Assembly (NCBI GenBank): GCA_963805065.1
Contig: CAWDSS010000010.1
Span: 920,359 to 984,358 of the forward strand
Length of the DNA stretch: 64,000 nt
Source: Candidatus Omnitrophota bacterium
GTDB taxonomy: Bacteria > Omnitrophota > Gorgyraeia > Gygaellales > Profunditerraquicolaceae
Direction of reading: 5' to 3'
Both the position numbers and the translations under genes were made by a program. The notes below the pieces were generated by a model. The model worked only from the letters and a program-made list of their open reading frames with translations, had not been told where the DNA came from and ran no database searches. Positions 25,454 through 35,076 of this stretch are shown piece by piece. Within the stretch, counting starts at the first letter, position 1. Every line of letters starts with the position of its first letter.

Positions 25454-27131
25454 TATTTCTTTCCTTTATCCTTGGTTTCGATTAGACAACCTTAATTTGT
25501 TTGTGGTCTTGGCCATCCTGTTATTTACGCTGTTAACTCTCATATATTCTTTTAGTTTTATGAAAGGCAAACCCAGGCTGCCCCAATATTACTCCTGCAT
25601 TATTTTAACTGCAATTGCCTCTATTGCAGCGGTAATCGCCAACAACCTCATTTTATTGGTAGTGTTCTGGGGGTTTTTAGGATTAACCCTGTTCCTTTTG
25701 ATTAATATAGCAGATAATGCAGAGGCAGCAGCAAAGAAGGCATTAATAATTGTCGGCGGCTCAGATGCATTGATGATATTAGGCATAGCAATAATTCACC
25801 ACCTCACAGGAACATTCCAGATGGATAAGGTCAAGTTAGAATTTAACAACTGGATTATAATACTTGCCTACCTTTGTATTGTTATTGCCTGTTTTGCCAA
25901 GGCAGGTGCAATGCCGTTTCACTCCTGGGTTCCTGACTGTGCAAAAAGCGCTCCGCTTCCGGTTACGGCTTTTTTGCCGGCATCCCTCGATAAATTATTA
26001 GGTATTTATTTGTTGAGCCGAATATCCTTAGATTTGTTTGTAATGAATAACCTTATGAATTCTTTTCTGATGTTCGTAGGGGCCTTAACCATAATTGCTG
26101 CGGTTATGATGGCTTTGGTTCAGCATAATATGAAGAGCCTGCTAGGTTATCATGCTGTTTCGCAAGTAGGCTACATGGTTTTAGGTATTGGCAGTGGTAA
26201 TCTTCTCGGTATCGCCGGCGGTTTATTCCACATGCTTAACCACGCTATCTACAAATCCTGTTTGTTTTTTAGCGCCGGAAACGTAGAATACCGCACCAAA
26301 ACTACAGAACTGGATGAGCTGGGCGGATTAGGTAAACTGATGCCTTTTACTTATATCTCCTGTATGTTTGCCAGTTTCTCTATATCCGGTATCCCGCCTT
26401 TTAACGGTTTTGTCTCCAAATGGCTGATTTATCAAGGGTTGATTTTAAATATATCATCTTCAACTTCTATATGGCAATCGCTTTTTAACGTATTATGCCT
26501 AGTGGCAGCTATTTTTGGCTCAACCCTTACCTTAGCTAGTTTTATGAAATTGCTCCACGCTGTATTTTTAGGACAGCGCCTCAGTTTCGCTCGGAGTAAA
26601 AAGATTCAGGAAGTGTCCATCGGAATGTGGACGCCTGGTATTGTATTAGCTGGTCTTTGTATTTTATTTGGCGTGTTTGCATTTTCTATACCTTTAAAAT
26701 ATTTTATTTTCCCAGCGGCATCTTTCAATCAGGCTCTAAACGCATCGGCTCTTTTAGGTAGTTGGTCTCCGGCTTCGGCTACTTTGTTAATTATTCTAGG
26801 CTTGGTCTTAGGCTGGTTAATATTTAAATTAGGCAAATTAAAGCTTTCGCTGCGACAGGATGAGGCTTTTGTGGGCGCAGAAATAACTCAACCGCAACCG
26901 GAAAATATGGTAACAGGCATAGATTTTTATAACAGCATCAAAGAGATGAAGCCTCTAACCATTATTTACCAAAAGGCCCAAGAAGGTTACTTCGATATTT
27001 ATGAACAAGGAAAAAAGTTGGTCTTTGCGATAAGTAAATTTCTCCAATTTCTACATAACGGAGTTTTACCTAGTTATTTGGTTTGGATGCTCTTAGGGAT
27101 GGTAGGTCTATTTTTAGTATTTTTCAAGTAG
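25446..27131 (+). CDS. MrpA N-terminal / NuoL-like antiporter subunit
   Basis: 561-aa polytopic protein with NuoL/M/N family motifs (WVPDCAKSAPLPVTAFL, YHAVSQVGYM, NHAIYKSCLFF). Confidence 0.85.
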   Translation: MINISFLYPWFRLDNLNLFVVLAILLFTLLTLIYSFSFMKGKPRLPQYYSCIILTAIASIAAVIANNLILLVVFWGFLGLTLFLLINIADNAEAAAKKALIIVGGSDALMILGIAIIHHLTGTFQMDKVKLEFNNWIIILAYLCIVIACFAKAGAMPFHSWVPDCAKSAPLPVTAFLPASLDKLLGIYLLSRISLDLFVMNNLMNSFLMFVGALTIIAAVMMALVQHNMKSLLGYHAVSQVGYMVLGIGSGNLLGIAGGLFHMLNHAIYKSCLFFSAGNVEYRTKTTELDELGGLGKLMPFTYISCMFASFSISGIPPFNGFVSKWLIYQGLILNISSSTSIWQSLFNVLCLVAAIFGSTLTLASFMKLLHAVFLGQRLSFARSKKIQEVSIGMWTPGIVLAGLCILFGVFAFSIPLKYFIFPAASFNQALNASALLGSWSPASATLLIILGLVLGWLIFKLGKLKLSLRQDEAFVGAEITQPQPENMVTGIDFYNSIKEMKPLTIIYQKAQEGYFDIYEQGKKLVFAISKFLQFLHNGVLPSYLVWMLLGMVGLFLVFFK

Positions 27132-27141
27132 GGTAAATAAA

Positions 27142-27663
27142 ATGGAATTACACCTGATATTATTATTTATGATTTGCGCTAGTATCGTGGCAGTAGAAAT
27201 AAAAGATTTAATTTCCAGCGTAATAGCTTTAAGCGCAGCAGGCATTGGCCTATGCCTGGCTTTTCTCATTCTTAAGGCACCGAGCCTTGCAATCACGCAG
27301 TTAGTGGTAGAGATTCTTTGCGTGATTATACTTATCCGCGCCACGATAAATAAGGACTTGCCCTTAGTTAGAGACGGGCGCTGGTTTTTTAATACTGTTG
27401 CTACACTCTTATTTATAGCAGTCTTTTTACTCTGTAGTTATTTTGCCTTGAGAGAATTGCCTAGGTTCGGTGAGCCTCTGATGCGCGTTTCGCAGGAATA
27501 TATTGCAGGCGGGCTTGAAAAAACCGGCTCAACTAATTTGGTTAGCGCCATAACCTTGAATTTTAGAAACTATGATGCACTAGGTGAGGTAGGGGTATTA
27601 TTTTGCGCAACAGTAGCGGTATTAGCGATTATTAGAAAGAAAGGCAAGGTTAATGAACAATAA
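27142..27663 (+). CDS. MrpA C-terminal-like (MnhB-domain/DUF4040) membrane subunit
   Basis: 173 aa, 4-5 TM. The APSLAITQLVVE segment is typical of this domain. Confidence 0.7.
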   Translation: MELHLILLFMICASIVAVEIKDLISSVIALSAAGIGLCLAFLILKAPSLAITQLVVEILCVIILIRATINKDLPLVRDGRWFFNTVATLLFIAVFLLCSYFALRELPRFGEPLMRVSQEYIAGGLEKTGSTNLVSAITLNFRNYDALGEVGVLFCATVAVLAIIRKKGKVNEQ

Positions 27664-28090
27664 TCAGCCAGGGATGAGTTTAATTGTTAAAACCATAACC
27701 CGCCTTACCGTAGGTTTGATTCTTATTTATGGTATCTACATTGTCCTGCAAGGCCATATTAGCCCTGGTGGAGGATTTGCTGGCGGAGTAATCATTGCTC
27801 TCTCTTTTATTCATTTGATACTCGCTTTCGGAAAAGAGCCGGTTTTGAAAAAAATGAGCCAAGCTAGAATGCTATTTTTAATGATGGCCGGAGGCGTAAT
27901 ATTTTTATTTCTGGTTAGTTTGGGTTTCATCGGTAGGGCTCATTATTTGGAATCCTCCCGTAATTTTAAACTTTTTGCTGCCGGGCTTATACCCATCGAA
28001 GATATTTTTATATCTTTATTAGTAAGTATGGGCTTATTAATTATATTTTTAACCCTGATCTCATTAGCAGAGGAGGCAGAAAAAAGATGA
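27653..28090 (+). CDS. MrpB/MnhB-like subunit
   Basis: 145 aa with the GHISPGGGFAGGV motif. Confidence 0.75.
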   Translation: MNNNQPGMSLIVKTITRLTVGLILIYGIYIVLQGHISPGGGFAGGVIIALSFIHLILAFGKEPVLKKMSQARMLFLMMAGGVIFLFLVSLGFIGRAHYLESSRNFKLFAAGLIPIEDIFISLLVSMGLLIIFLTLISLAEEAEKR

Positions 28091-28425
28091 GTTTGTATTT
28101 CTTATGTTTCATTTTATTTTCAATTGGGCTTTATTGCATACTGCGCAAAAGAAACATCATTAAGATTATCATCGGGTTGGGGATTGTTGAATACGCTGTA
28201 AATTTATTTTTAGTTCTTACGGGTTATCGTATACATGGCAGGGCGCCTATTTTAGCTAAAGACCAGCAGATACTGAATATGGTTGATCCTCTGCCGCAGG
28301 CAATGGTGCTTACGACAATAGTTATAGGCCTGGCTGTTACGGTAGTGGTAGTAAGCCTGGCGATAAAGATTTTTGAAAAATACGGCACCTTTGATATCAC
28401 TAAGATTCGGAGATTAAAAGGATGA
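28087..28425 (+). CDS. MrpC/MnhC (NuoK-like) subunit
   Basis: 112 aa, 3 TM, NuoK-like (IIGLGIVEYAVNLFLV). Confidence 0.85.
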   Translation: MSLYFLCFILFSIGLYCILRKRNIIKIIIGLGIVEYAVNLFLVLTGYRIHGRAPILAKDQQILNMVDPLPQAMVLTTIVIGLAVTVVVVSLAIKIFEKYGTFDITKIRRLKG

Positions 28426-29912
28426 GGTTTTTGCTTCTCTTCACAATTATCCCCTTTGCCGCCAGTTTCCTAATTGCACTCTTGGGAAAGAAAATAAAAA
28501 ACCTTAGCGATATAGTTGCTAATTTAGCAACTATGGCGCTTCTCGCACTTTCTTTATTTTCTGTTAATGCCCTAAATAGTAGTAAGATTCTGGTTTATAA
28601 AATAGGCGGCTGGATGCCTGCGTTAGGAATTTGTCTTGCGGTAGATGGCTTGGCTAGTTTTATGTTGGTAACCACAAACTTGCTAAGTTTTTTAGTCATG
28701 GTTTATAGCATAAGTTATATGCGCATCTACACTGACAAATGGAAATTCCATGTCCTGTTTATGGCTATGTTAGCTGGAATGAACGGCGTTATCACGAGTA
28801 ACGATTTATTTAATCTCTATATTTTTCTAGAAGTAGCTTCAATCTCAGGTTATGCCCTGGTTGCTTTTGGGGTTGAGCCGCAAGACCTAGAGGCATCCTT
28901 TAAATATGCCATTATGGGAGCGTTGGCTTCGATTTTTATACTTTTAGGCATAGGGCTTCTTTATAGTTATACTTCTACGCTAAATATGGCGGATATTTCT
29001 TCAGTATTAGCCAATAGCCCTAAGGGATTGCTTGTTGGTTTTGTCTCAGTATTATTTTTAGCTGGTTTTGGCCTGAAGGCAGCATTAATTCCTTTTCATG
29101 CCTGGTTGCCCGACGCGCATTCTTCTGCTCCTACTCCGGTTTCAGCAACGCTTTCCGGAATACTCATAAAGGTATTGGGAGTTTATACGCTAGCAAGGGT
29201 ATTCTTTAATATACTCGGTACCAATAATAATATCCTATCAATAATTATGTTTTTAGGGGGTCTCTCAATGCTGGTGGGTGTATTTTTAGCCGTGGGGCAA
29301 TGGGACTTAAAAAGACTTCTGGCGTATCACTCTATAAGCCAAATCGGTTATGTAGTTTTAGGATTAGGATTGGCAACGCCCTTAGGTATTTTAGGCGGAT
29401 TATTTCATTTGTTTAATCATTCTATATTTAAATCTTTGCTTTTTTTAAATTCCGGAGCCATAGAGCATTCTACAGGTACAAGGGATTTACAGAAGATGGG
29501 AGGGTTGCAGGAAAGAATGCCTCTTACTGCCAACGCTAATTTGATTGCCTCTATGTCTATTGCAGGCGTTCCTCCTTTTAATGGCTTTTGGAGCAAATTG
29601 ATTATTATTCTTGCTTGTGTTCAGGCAAACCGTTTTGGTTATGCCTTATTAGCTGTGGCAGCAAGTATTTTAACCTTGGTTTCCTTTGCGAAAGTGCATA
29701 AATATGCCTTTTTCGGAAAACTAAACGAAAAATGGCAGAATATAAAAGAAGCTCCCTGGACTATGAAGTTCTCCATGGTAGTCCTGGCAGGTATTTGCAT
29801 TACAGGAGGATTTTTACTTATATTTCCATTTAAGCCATTTTTACAATCGGCATCCGATGTTTTATTATCAGGTACTAACTATAAAGATGTGTTTTTCATG
29901 ACGGTAAAGTGA
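28422..29912 (+). CDS. MrpD/MnhD (NuoM/N-like) antiporter subunit
   Basis: 496-aa polytopic protein (HAWLPDAHSSAPTPVSA, YHSISQIGYV, NHSIFKSLLFL). Confidence 0.9.
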   Translation: MRFLLLFTIIPFAASFLIALLGKKIKNLSDIVANLATMALLALSLFSVNALNSSKILVYKIGGWMPALGICLAVDGLASFMLVTTNLLSFLVMVYSISYMRIYTDKWKFHVLFMAMLAGMNGVITSNDLFNLYIFLEVASISGYALVAFGVEPQDLEASFKYAIMGALASIFILLGIGLLYSYTSTLNMADISSVLANSPKGLLVGFVSVLFLAGFGLKAALIPFHAWLPDAHSSAPTPVSATLSGILIKVLGVYTLARVFFNILGTNNNILSIIMFLGGLSMLVGVFLAVGQWDLKRLLAYHSISQIGYVVLGLGLATPLGILGGLFHLFNHSIFKSLLFLNSGAIEHSTGTRDLQKMGGLQERMPLTANANLIASMSIAGVPPFNGFWSKLIIILACVQANRFGYALLAVAASILTLVSFAKVHKYAFFGKLNEKWQNIKEAPWTMKFSMVVLAGICITGGFLLIFPFKPFLQSASDVLLSGTNYKDVFFMTVK

Positions 29913-30406
29913 TGAGGACGCGTGCGGTTTTATTTTTAGCTGCTTTTTTAATTTGGATACTGCTAAGTTGGTCAGTAGATTCCCATCATCTTATAGTGGG
30001 AATCATAGTCGGAATTCTTATCTCTTGGTTATTAGATGATATATTCCCGAGAGAACCCAGGGTGTTTAAGAATATTAAACGTTATTTTTGGTTTTTTTAT
30101 TATATTCCTGTATTTATCTGGGAGTGTATCAAGGCTAATATTGACGGGTTGTACCGGGTGGCACATCCAGCCTTGCCTATTAATCCTGGTATTGTCAGGG
30201 TTAAAACACGCCTGCGTTCGGATATGGGTTTAACCTTTTTAGCAAACTCTCTTACCTTAACACCGGGCACCATGACGGTAGATATAGACCGTGGAAACGG
30301 CATTTTATACATACACTGGAATGATGTAAAAAGCACGGACATTGAGGAGGCTACTGAACTTATTGTTCGCAAATTCGAGGACATATTAATGAGGATTTTT
30401 GAATGA
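29909..30406 (+). CDS. MrpE/MnhE-like subunit
   Basis: 165 aa with two N-terminal TM helices and the MnhE-type core (LTFLANSLTLTPGTMTVD). Confidence 0.8.
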   Translation: MMRTRAVLFLAAFLIWILLSWSVDSHHLIVGIIVGILISWLLDDIFPREPRVFKNIKRYFWFFYYIPVFIWECIKANIDGLYRVAHPALPINPGIVRVKTRLRSDMGLTFLANSLTLTPGTMTVDIDRGNGILYIHWNDVKSTDIEEATELIVRKFEDILMRIFE

Positions 30407-30762
30407 AGTATTTACGTTGGTTGATAGGGGCAATTATTTTACTAATGCTGATAGGCGTAATTATGATTTTACCCCTGCCTTCTCTTTTGGAATGGCAGTC
30501 AGTTCTACTTAAGCGGGCATTCTTTATTTTAATTATTTGCGCTGGATTTTGCCTATGGAGGATTTTGCGGGGCCCGACCTCTGCTGACCGCGCCGCAGCA
30601 CTGGATATATTAGGCATACTTATTATCGGGTTTTGCGCTATTCTGGGTATTCCTACAGGCAGAGATTGGTATATTGATATAGGAATTGCCTGGGCTTTGC
30701 AAAGTTTTATTTCCATTCTTGCACTCGGTAAATATTTGGAAGGAAAAAATTTCGATGAATGA
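30403..30762 (+). CDS. MrpF/MnhF-like subunit
   Basis: 119 aa, 3 TM, with LRGPTSADRAAALD motif. Confidence 0.8.
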   Translation: MKYLRWLIGAIILLMLIGVIMILPLPSLLEWQSVLLKRAFFILIICAGFCLWRILRGPTSADRAAALDILGILIIGFCAILGIPTGRDWYIDIGIAWALQSFISILALGKYLEGKNFDE

Positions 30763-31081
30763 AATAATCGGAATTGTATTTATCGTCATCGGACTGATTT
30801 TTGATTTTTTTGCGTCTTTAGGACTAATCAGATTACCAGACGTTTATAATCGGCTGCACTCTTCAATAAAGTGCGTGACATTAGGTACCTCAAGTATACT
30901 GTTTGGATTATTTTTGTTTAAAGGGATTAGTGCCACAGGCATCAAAGCGCTTTTATGTATTGTCTTTTTATTTTTGACTGCCCCAGTTTCTGCGCATGTC
31001 TTAGCCAGGGCAGCACACAAAAGCAAAGTTAAGCTTTGGGAAAAATCTGTTTGCGATAAATACGCAGAGGATAACAAGTGA
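30755..31081 (+). CDS. MrpG/MnhG-like subunit
   Basis: The start is placed at the internal ATG (MNEIIGIVFIV), overlapping the mrpF-like stop by 8 nt. GLIRLPDVYNRLHSS motif. Confidence 0.8.
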   Translation: MNEIIGIVFIVIGLIFDFFASLGLIRLPDVYNRLHSSIKCVTLGTSSILFGLFLFKGISATGIKALLCIVFLFLTAPVSAHVLARAAHKSKVKLWEKSVCDKYAEDNK

Positions 31082-31677
31082 AATTTCCGAAATTAAGAGA
31101 GCTTAGGGAAGCTATCAGGGCGCTGATAAAAGGCCCCTATACTGCAAAATTCCCTTATGAGCCCCATAAGCCTTTTGAGCGGTTCAGGGGACGTCCTTAT
31201 TTTCATGAAGAATATTGTATCGGCTGCACTGCCTGCGCCCAGGTTTGTCCTGCTCAGGCCATAGAAGTGGAAGACAAAAAAGACAAAAGAGTTTTAACCG
31301 TGCATTGGGATATCTGTATATTCTGCGGGCTGTGCCAGGCGAATTGCCCTACTGAAAAAGGGATAGTGCTTTCACAGGAGTTTGATTTTGCCACCACGCA
31401 AAATAGGCAAGATTTGAAAAACGCTGTTGAGAAAGAATTTGTATTGTGCGAATGTTGCCAGGAACCGGTTGTCCCCCATGACCAGTATGTGTGGATAGCA
31501 AAAAGATTAGGGCCGCTGGTTTTTTCCAATTCTTCATTATTGCTGCATTATCTAAGGTTAACCGGGTTAGCCTTAAAAGAGAAACTCTCAAGGAAGAAAG
31601 AAGCTGAATTTTTACGCGCGGACCGCATCAGGGTCATCTGTCCGCGTTGCCGCCGCGAAGCGGTAATTAAATCATAG
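31078..31677 (+). CDS. NuoI/MbhN/HycF-like 2x[4Fe-4S] subunit
   Basis: CIGCTACAQVCP and CIFCGLCQANCP motifs. GTG start overlaps the upstream stop. Confidence 0.8.
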   Translation: MKFPKLRELREAIRALIKGPYTAKFPYEPHKPFERFRGRPYFHEEYCIGCTACAQVCPAQAIEVEDKKDKRVLTVHWDICIFCGLCQANCPTEKGIVLSQEFDFATTQNRQDLKNAVEKEFVLCECCQEPVVPHDQYVWIAKRLGPLVFSNSSLLLHYLRLTGLALKEKLSRKKEAEFLRADRIRVICPRCRREAVIKS

Positions 31678-31749
31678 ATTGTATTTGATTTTTTAAAAGT
31701 TTTTGTTACAATTTAAAGGTATGAGAGACAGATAAGAGAGGAGAGTGGT

Positions 31750-32217
31750 ATGAGAAAATATTTACTTGTTGTAGTAGTGGCAGCTTTTGGTGTTTATATG
31801 TTCGGCTGCGGCAAAAAACAGGCTGCAGAGGAGCAGGAACCTTTGTCCATGGAAGCATTGAGTTCAGCGAATACCTCAACCCCGGCCCCTGCTGTAACGC
31901 CTGAAGCAGCTAAAATGCCGGAAACTAAACCTCAAGCAATGCCAACACAGGCCGTGCCTGTGAAGCTGGAATCTTTACCGCCAGCCGGCCCCTATAAGCC
32001 TACTGCCCTTGAAATTCAAACAGCATTAAAGAATGCAGGCTTTTATATGGGTGAGTTGGACGGAAGGATAGGAGCAATGACAAAGAAAGCAGTTGAGGCA
32101 TTTCAAAAAGCAAATAACCTGGTGGCAGACGGTAAAATCGGCCCTAAAACCTGGGCAGCCTTAAGCAGATATCTTAATCCATCTGTAGCTGCTACCTCTA
32201 CTAAAAAGAAAAGATAA
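31750..32217 (+). CDS. Lipoprotein with a C-terminal peptidoglycan-binding (PG_binding_1) domain
   Basis: Lipobox YMFGC, a Pro/Ala-rich linker, then LKNAGFYMGELDGRIGAMTKKAVEAFQKANNLVADGKIGPKTW. Confidence 0.75.
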   Translation: MRKYLLVVVVAAFGVYMFGCGKKQAAEEQEPLSMEALSSANTSTPAPAVTPEAAKMPETKPQAMPTQAVPVKLESLPPAGPYKPTALEIQTALKNAGFYMGELDGRIGAMTKKAVEAFQKANNLVADGKIGPKTWAALSRYLNPSVAATSTKKKR

Positions 32218-32242
32218 TAAATCTAATCCTTTAAGACAATAA

Positions 32243-32272
32243 AAAATCCCGACATTCTTGTTGGGATTTTTT
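32243..32272 (+). terminator. Rho-independent terminator
   Basis: AAAATCCCGAC / GTTGGGATTTT stem (one G-U pair) followed by a T-run. Confidence 0.75.
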
Positions 32273-32288
32273 ATACTTTCGCGGACAA

Positions 32289-34301
32289 ATGATACTAAGC
32301 AAAGACTTAATATTGGGAGAAATACCCTTATTTTCAGGTTTATCTACTACAGAGCGCAGTATAATTAAAGAGCGTTCTAGTATCCAGGCTTTTAAAAAGC
32401 AAGATATAATCTATGAAGAAGGTTCTGCCCCAAGCGCTTTATACTGCCTTGTGCTGGGAAGGGTAGAGATATACACCAAAGACCAGCAGGGAAACAAAAA
32501 AATATTGGAATATCTGCACCGCGGTAAATATTTCGGTATTATCTCGCTTTTGACCAACGAACCCCATTCTGTCAGTGCGCAGGCGCTTAATGATTGCGCA
32601 GTCCTTGTAATCAAAAAAGAAGATTTTGACTTTGTGTTAAAGAGGATTCCCCGCATTGCCGTTGATTTAAGCCGCACGCTTTCTCAAAGGCTTAAAAATA
32701 AAGACATACACCGTAAAACAATTTTCGAAAGCACGATAATTTCTGTTTTTAGCTCTTATTCTCAGGCAGGAAAGACCGTTTATGCCTTAAATCTCTCCCT
32801 TAGCCTGGCCAAAGAGACGCATAAATCATTAATTATATTGGATATTGCCCCAAACGATAAAATCCATAGCCTGCCCAACAGATTGGGGATAAACAACCCT
32901 TTTATTTTTGACCTCTCGAAGCAAGAAGGAGTAAACTCTTCCCGGCTGAAAGAATTTATTTTTAAGAATAATTACGGGGTAGATTTAATCTGTTTTCATT
33001 ACGCCCCCGATGATGAAAGCTGCGTAGGGAATTTACTGGGGATTTTAAGTATTTTGGTCAATGATTATAATTACCTGGTTTTGGATTTACCGTCTTTAAT
33101 GGACCGCATAATCTTTAGCATACTTAATCAATCGGATTTAATCCATATCTTAAGCAGCCCCGAGCCGGTGGATTTAAAACGCACGAACAATCTCATCGCC
33201 AGGCTAAAAGAGGGTTTTAGTTTTCATGAAGAAAAAATAAAGATAATCATAAATGAATACAAGTTTTCAAAATTAGATTACGAGGAGCAATCGCAAATAT
33301 TAAAAAACAAGATATTTGCTACTTTGCCCAAGATTGACTTTGAATCAGGGGATAAACAAATTTTAAGCGAGCCGGAAAGCGAATATTCTAAGGCCGTAAG
33401 AAGGATTTCCCGGCAGTTAGGCGATTGCCAGGTGGGTTTGGTCTTGGGGGTCGGGGTAGCCTACGGGTTTTGCCATATAGGAATCCTTAGGGTAATCGAA
33501 GAGCAAAAAATCCCCATTGATATCATAGCGGGTTCCAGTATCGGCGCATTCATCGCAAGCCTCTGGGCATTGGGCAAGTCTAGCGAAGAAATATTGGAAA
33601 TTGCCTGTGAATTCAAAGAGCCAAAGCATATCTGGGGGTTGATTGATTTGACCTTCCCGCTCCTGGGGTTTATCAAAGGCAATAAGCTCCAGAAGTTCCT
33701 GAACAAACATATCGGGAATAAGACGTTTTACGACGTTAAAATACCGCTGAAAATTATTGCCAGCGATGTTAAAAGGAAAGAGCCGAAAGTTTTTGACAGG
33801 GGGCCGCTTGTAGATGCGATTATGGCCAGCTGCTCCATGCCGGGTGTATTTCCCCCATTTAGGTTTAAGGGTGAAATGCTGTTTGACGGCGGGGTAACCA
33901 ACCCTCTTCCTACCGAAGCCTTATGGAAAAGCGGCATAAAAAAACTTATCGCCATAAATGTCACGCCTTCTCGGGAAGACGTGTTGCGGCAGTATGAATT
34001 AATCAAAGAAGAAATCACTACTTCTATTCAGGAAGACTACAAACACAAGGGCTTGTTTAGCTTAGGCAGGCATTTCAGGAATAATTTCAAAACCAATATC
34101 CTTGATATAATATTCAGCAGTATTGAAATATTGCAGTCAGAGGTGGCAAATACGGAAGCGCAGCTTGCGGATGTGGTATTGCATCCGGATACCTCAGGTT
34201 TATACTGGCTGGAATTGCACCGCGCCAGGGAATTTGCCAAGAGGGGAGAAGAAGAAGCACGCAGGAATTTAAACAAGATTTTGCAGCTTGTAAACGAATG
34301 A
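32289..34301 (+). CDS. cNMP-binding / ParA-like / patatin-like phospholipase fusion protein
   Basis: N-terminal cyclic-nucleotide-binding domain. The central ParA/MinD-like region has a degenerate P-loop (SSYSQAGKT). The C-terminal patatin domain has GVGVAYG, GSSIG and DGGV motifs. Confidence 0.8.
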   Translation: MILSKDLILGEIPLFSGLSTTERSIIKERSSIQAFKKQDIIYEEGSAPSALYCLVLGRVEIYTKDQQGNKKILEYLHRGKYFGIISLLTNEPHSVSAQALNDCAVLVIKKEDFDFVLKRIPRIAVDLSRTLSQRLKNKDIHRKTIFESTIISVFSSYSQAGKTVYALNLSLSLAKETHKSLIILDIAPNDKIHSLPNRLGINNPFIFDLSKQEGVNSSRLKEFIFKNNYGVDLICFHYAPDDESCVGNLLGILSILVNDYNYLVLDLPSLMDRIIFSILNQSDLIHILSSPEPVDLKRTNNLIARLKEGFSFHEEKIKIIINEYKFSKLDYEEQSQILKNKIFATLPKIDFESGDKQILSEPESEYSKAVRRISRQLGDCQVGLVLGVGVAYGFCHIGILRVIEEQKIPIDIIAGSSIGAFIASLWALGKSSEEILEIACEFKEPKHIWGLIDLTFPLLGFIKGNKLQKFLNKHIGNKTFYDVKIPLKIIASDVKRKEPKVFDRGPLVDAIMASCSMPGVFPPFRFKGEMLFDGGVTNPLPTEALWKSGIKKLIAINVTPSREDVLRQYELIKEEITTSIQEDYKHKGLFSLGRHFRNNFKTNILDIIFSSIEILQSEVANTEAQLADVVLHPDTSGLYWLELHRAREFAKRGEEEARRNLNKILQLVNE

Positions 34302-34313
34302 AAGGGGAGCTAA

Positions 34314-34772
34314 ATGCGTAAATTAAAGATCCAAAATTCAGGTCTTGTCATTTTTACTTTGGTGTTTGTTATTTTAATCAGCGGGTGCTCGTCGCTAAAA
34401 GAGGCATTCAGGGGTTTCAGGGGAGTTTCTACTAAAATACTAGAAGAGGGCAGGGCTCAAGCCATAGTAAAAACTTTTAATTACGATTATTTCACGGTTT
34501 TTACCAAATCCCTGGACAGCCTGAAGATTATGAAATCCTATGTTTATGCGCAGGACGTAAAAAAGCACATGATTGCAATTTATGTGTCAGAAGAAGATAC
34601 GACTCCCGTGGGTATATTCTTTAAAGAAACAGGCGCATCAAGTACGCAGGTTGAGGTTGCCTCTCCCAGTACTTATGCCAAGGAAATCATATCTGCGAAA
34701 CTTTTTAAAGCACTGGGCACTGAACCAGAAGCTAGTCAGAAAAAGAAAGGCGAAATCGATGCAAAAAAATAA
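34314..34772 (+). CDS. Lipoprotein, function unknown
   Basis: Lipobox LISGC; 152 aa. Confidence 0.6.
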   Translation: MRKLKIQNSGLVIFTLVFVILISGCSSLKEAFRGFRGVSTKILEEGRAQAIVKTFNYDYFTVFTKSLDSLKIMKSYVYAQDVKKHMIAIYVSEEDTTPVGIFFKETGASSTQVEVASPSTYAKEIISAKLFKALGTEPEASQKKKGEIDAKK

Positions 34773-35067
34773 TCAGGGTATAAGTTGGTACATCGAAGAA
34801 TGCCACCGCATTGCCAGGGAAAAAGGCTGGTGGGACAGCGAACGTAACGACGGAGAGCTCATTGCCCTTATGCATTCGGAATTATCCGAAGCCCTGGAGG
34901 CAATGCGTAACCACGGCAAGAAAGAAGATATAGCCGAAGAGCTGGCAGATTGCTGCATCCGCATATTCGATTATTGCGGGCAAAGGAATGTTGATTTAGA
35001 AACAGCCCTGCTTAAGAAAATAGAATACAATAAAACTCGGCCTTACCGTCACGGCAAGAAATTCTAA
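34759..35067 (+). CDS. MazG-like nucleotide pyrophosphohydrolase
   Basis: The start is placed at the internal ATG 34759 (MQKNNQGISWY). All-alpha NTP-PPase motifs (MHSELSEALEA, EELADCCIRIFD). Confidence 0.7.
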   Translation: MQKNNQGISWYIEECHRIAREKGWWDSERNDGELIALMHSELSEALEAMRNHGKKEDIAEELADCCIRIFDYCGQRNVDLETALLKKIEYNKTRPYRHGKKF

Positions 35068-35076
35068 CGCTTATAT

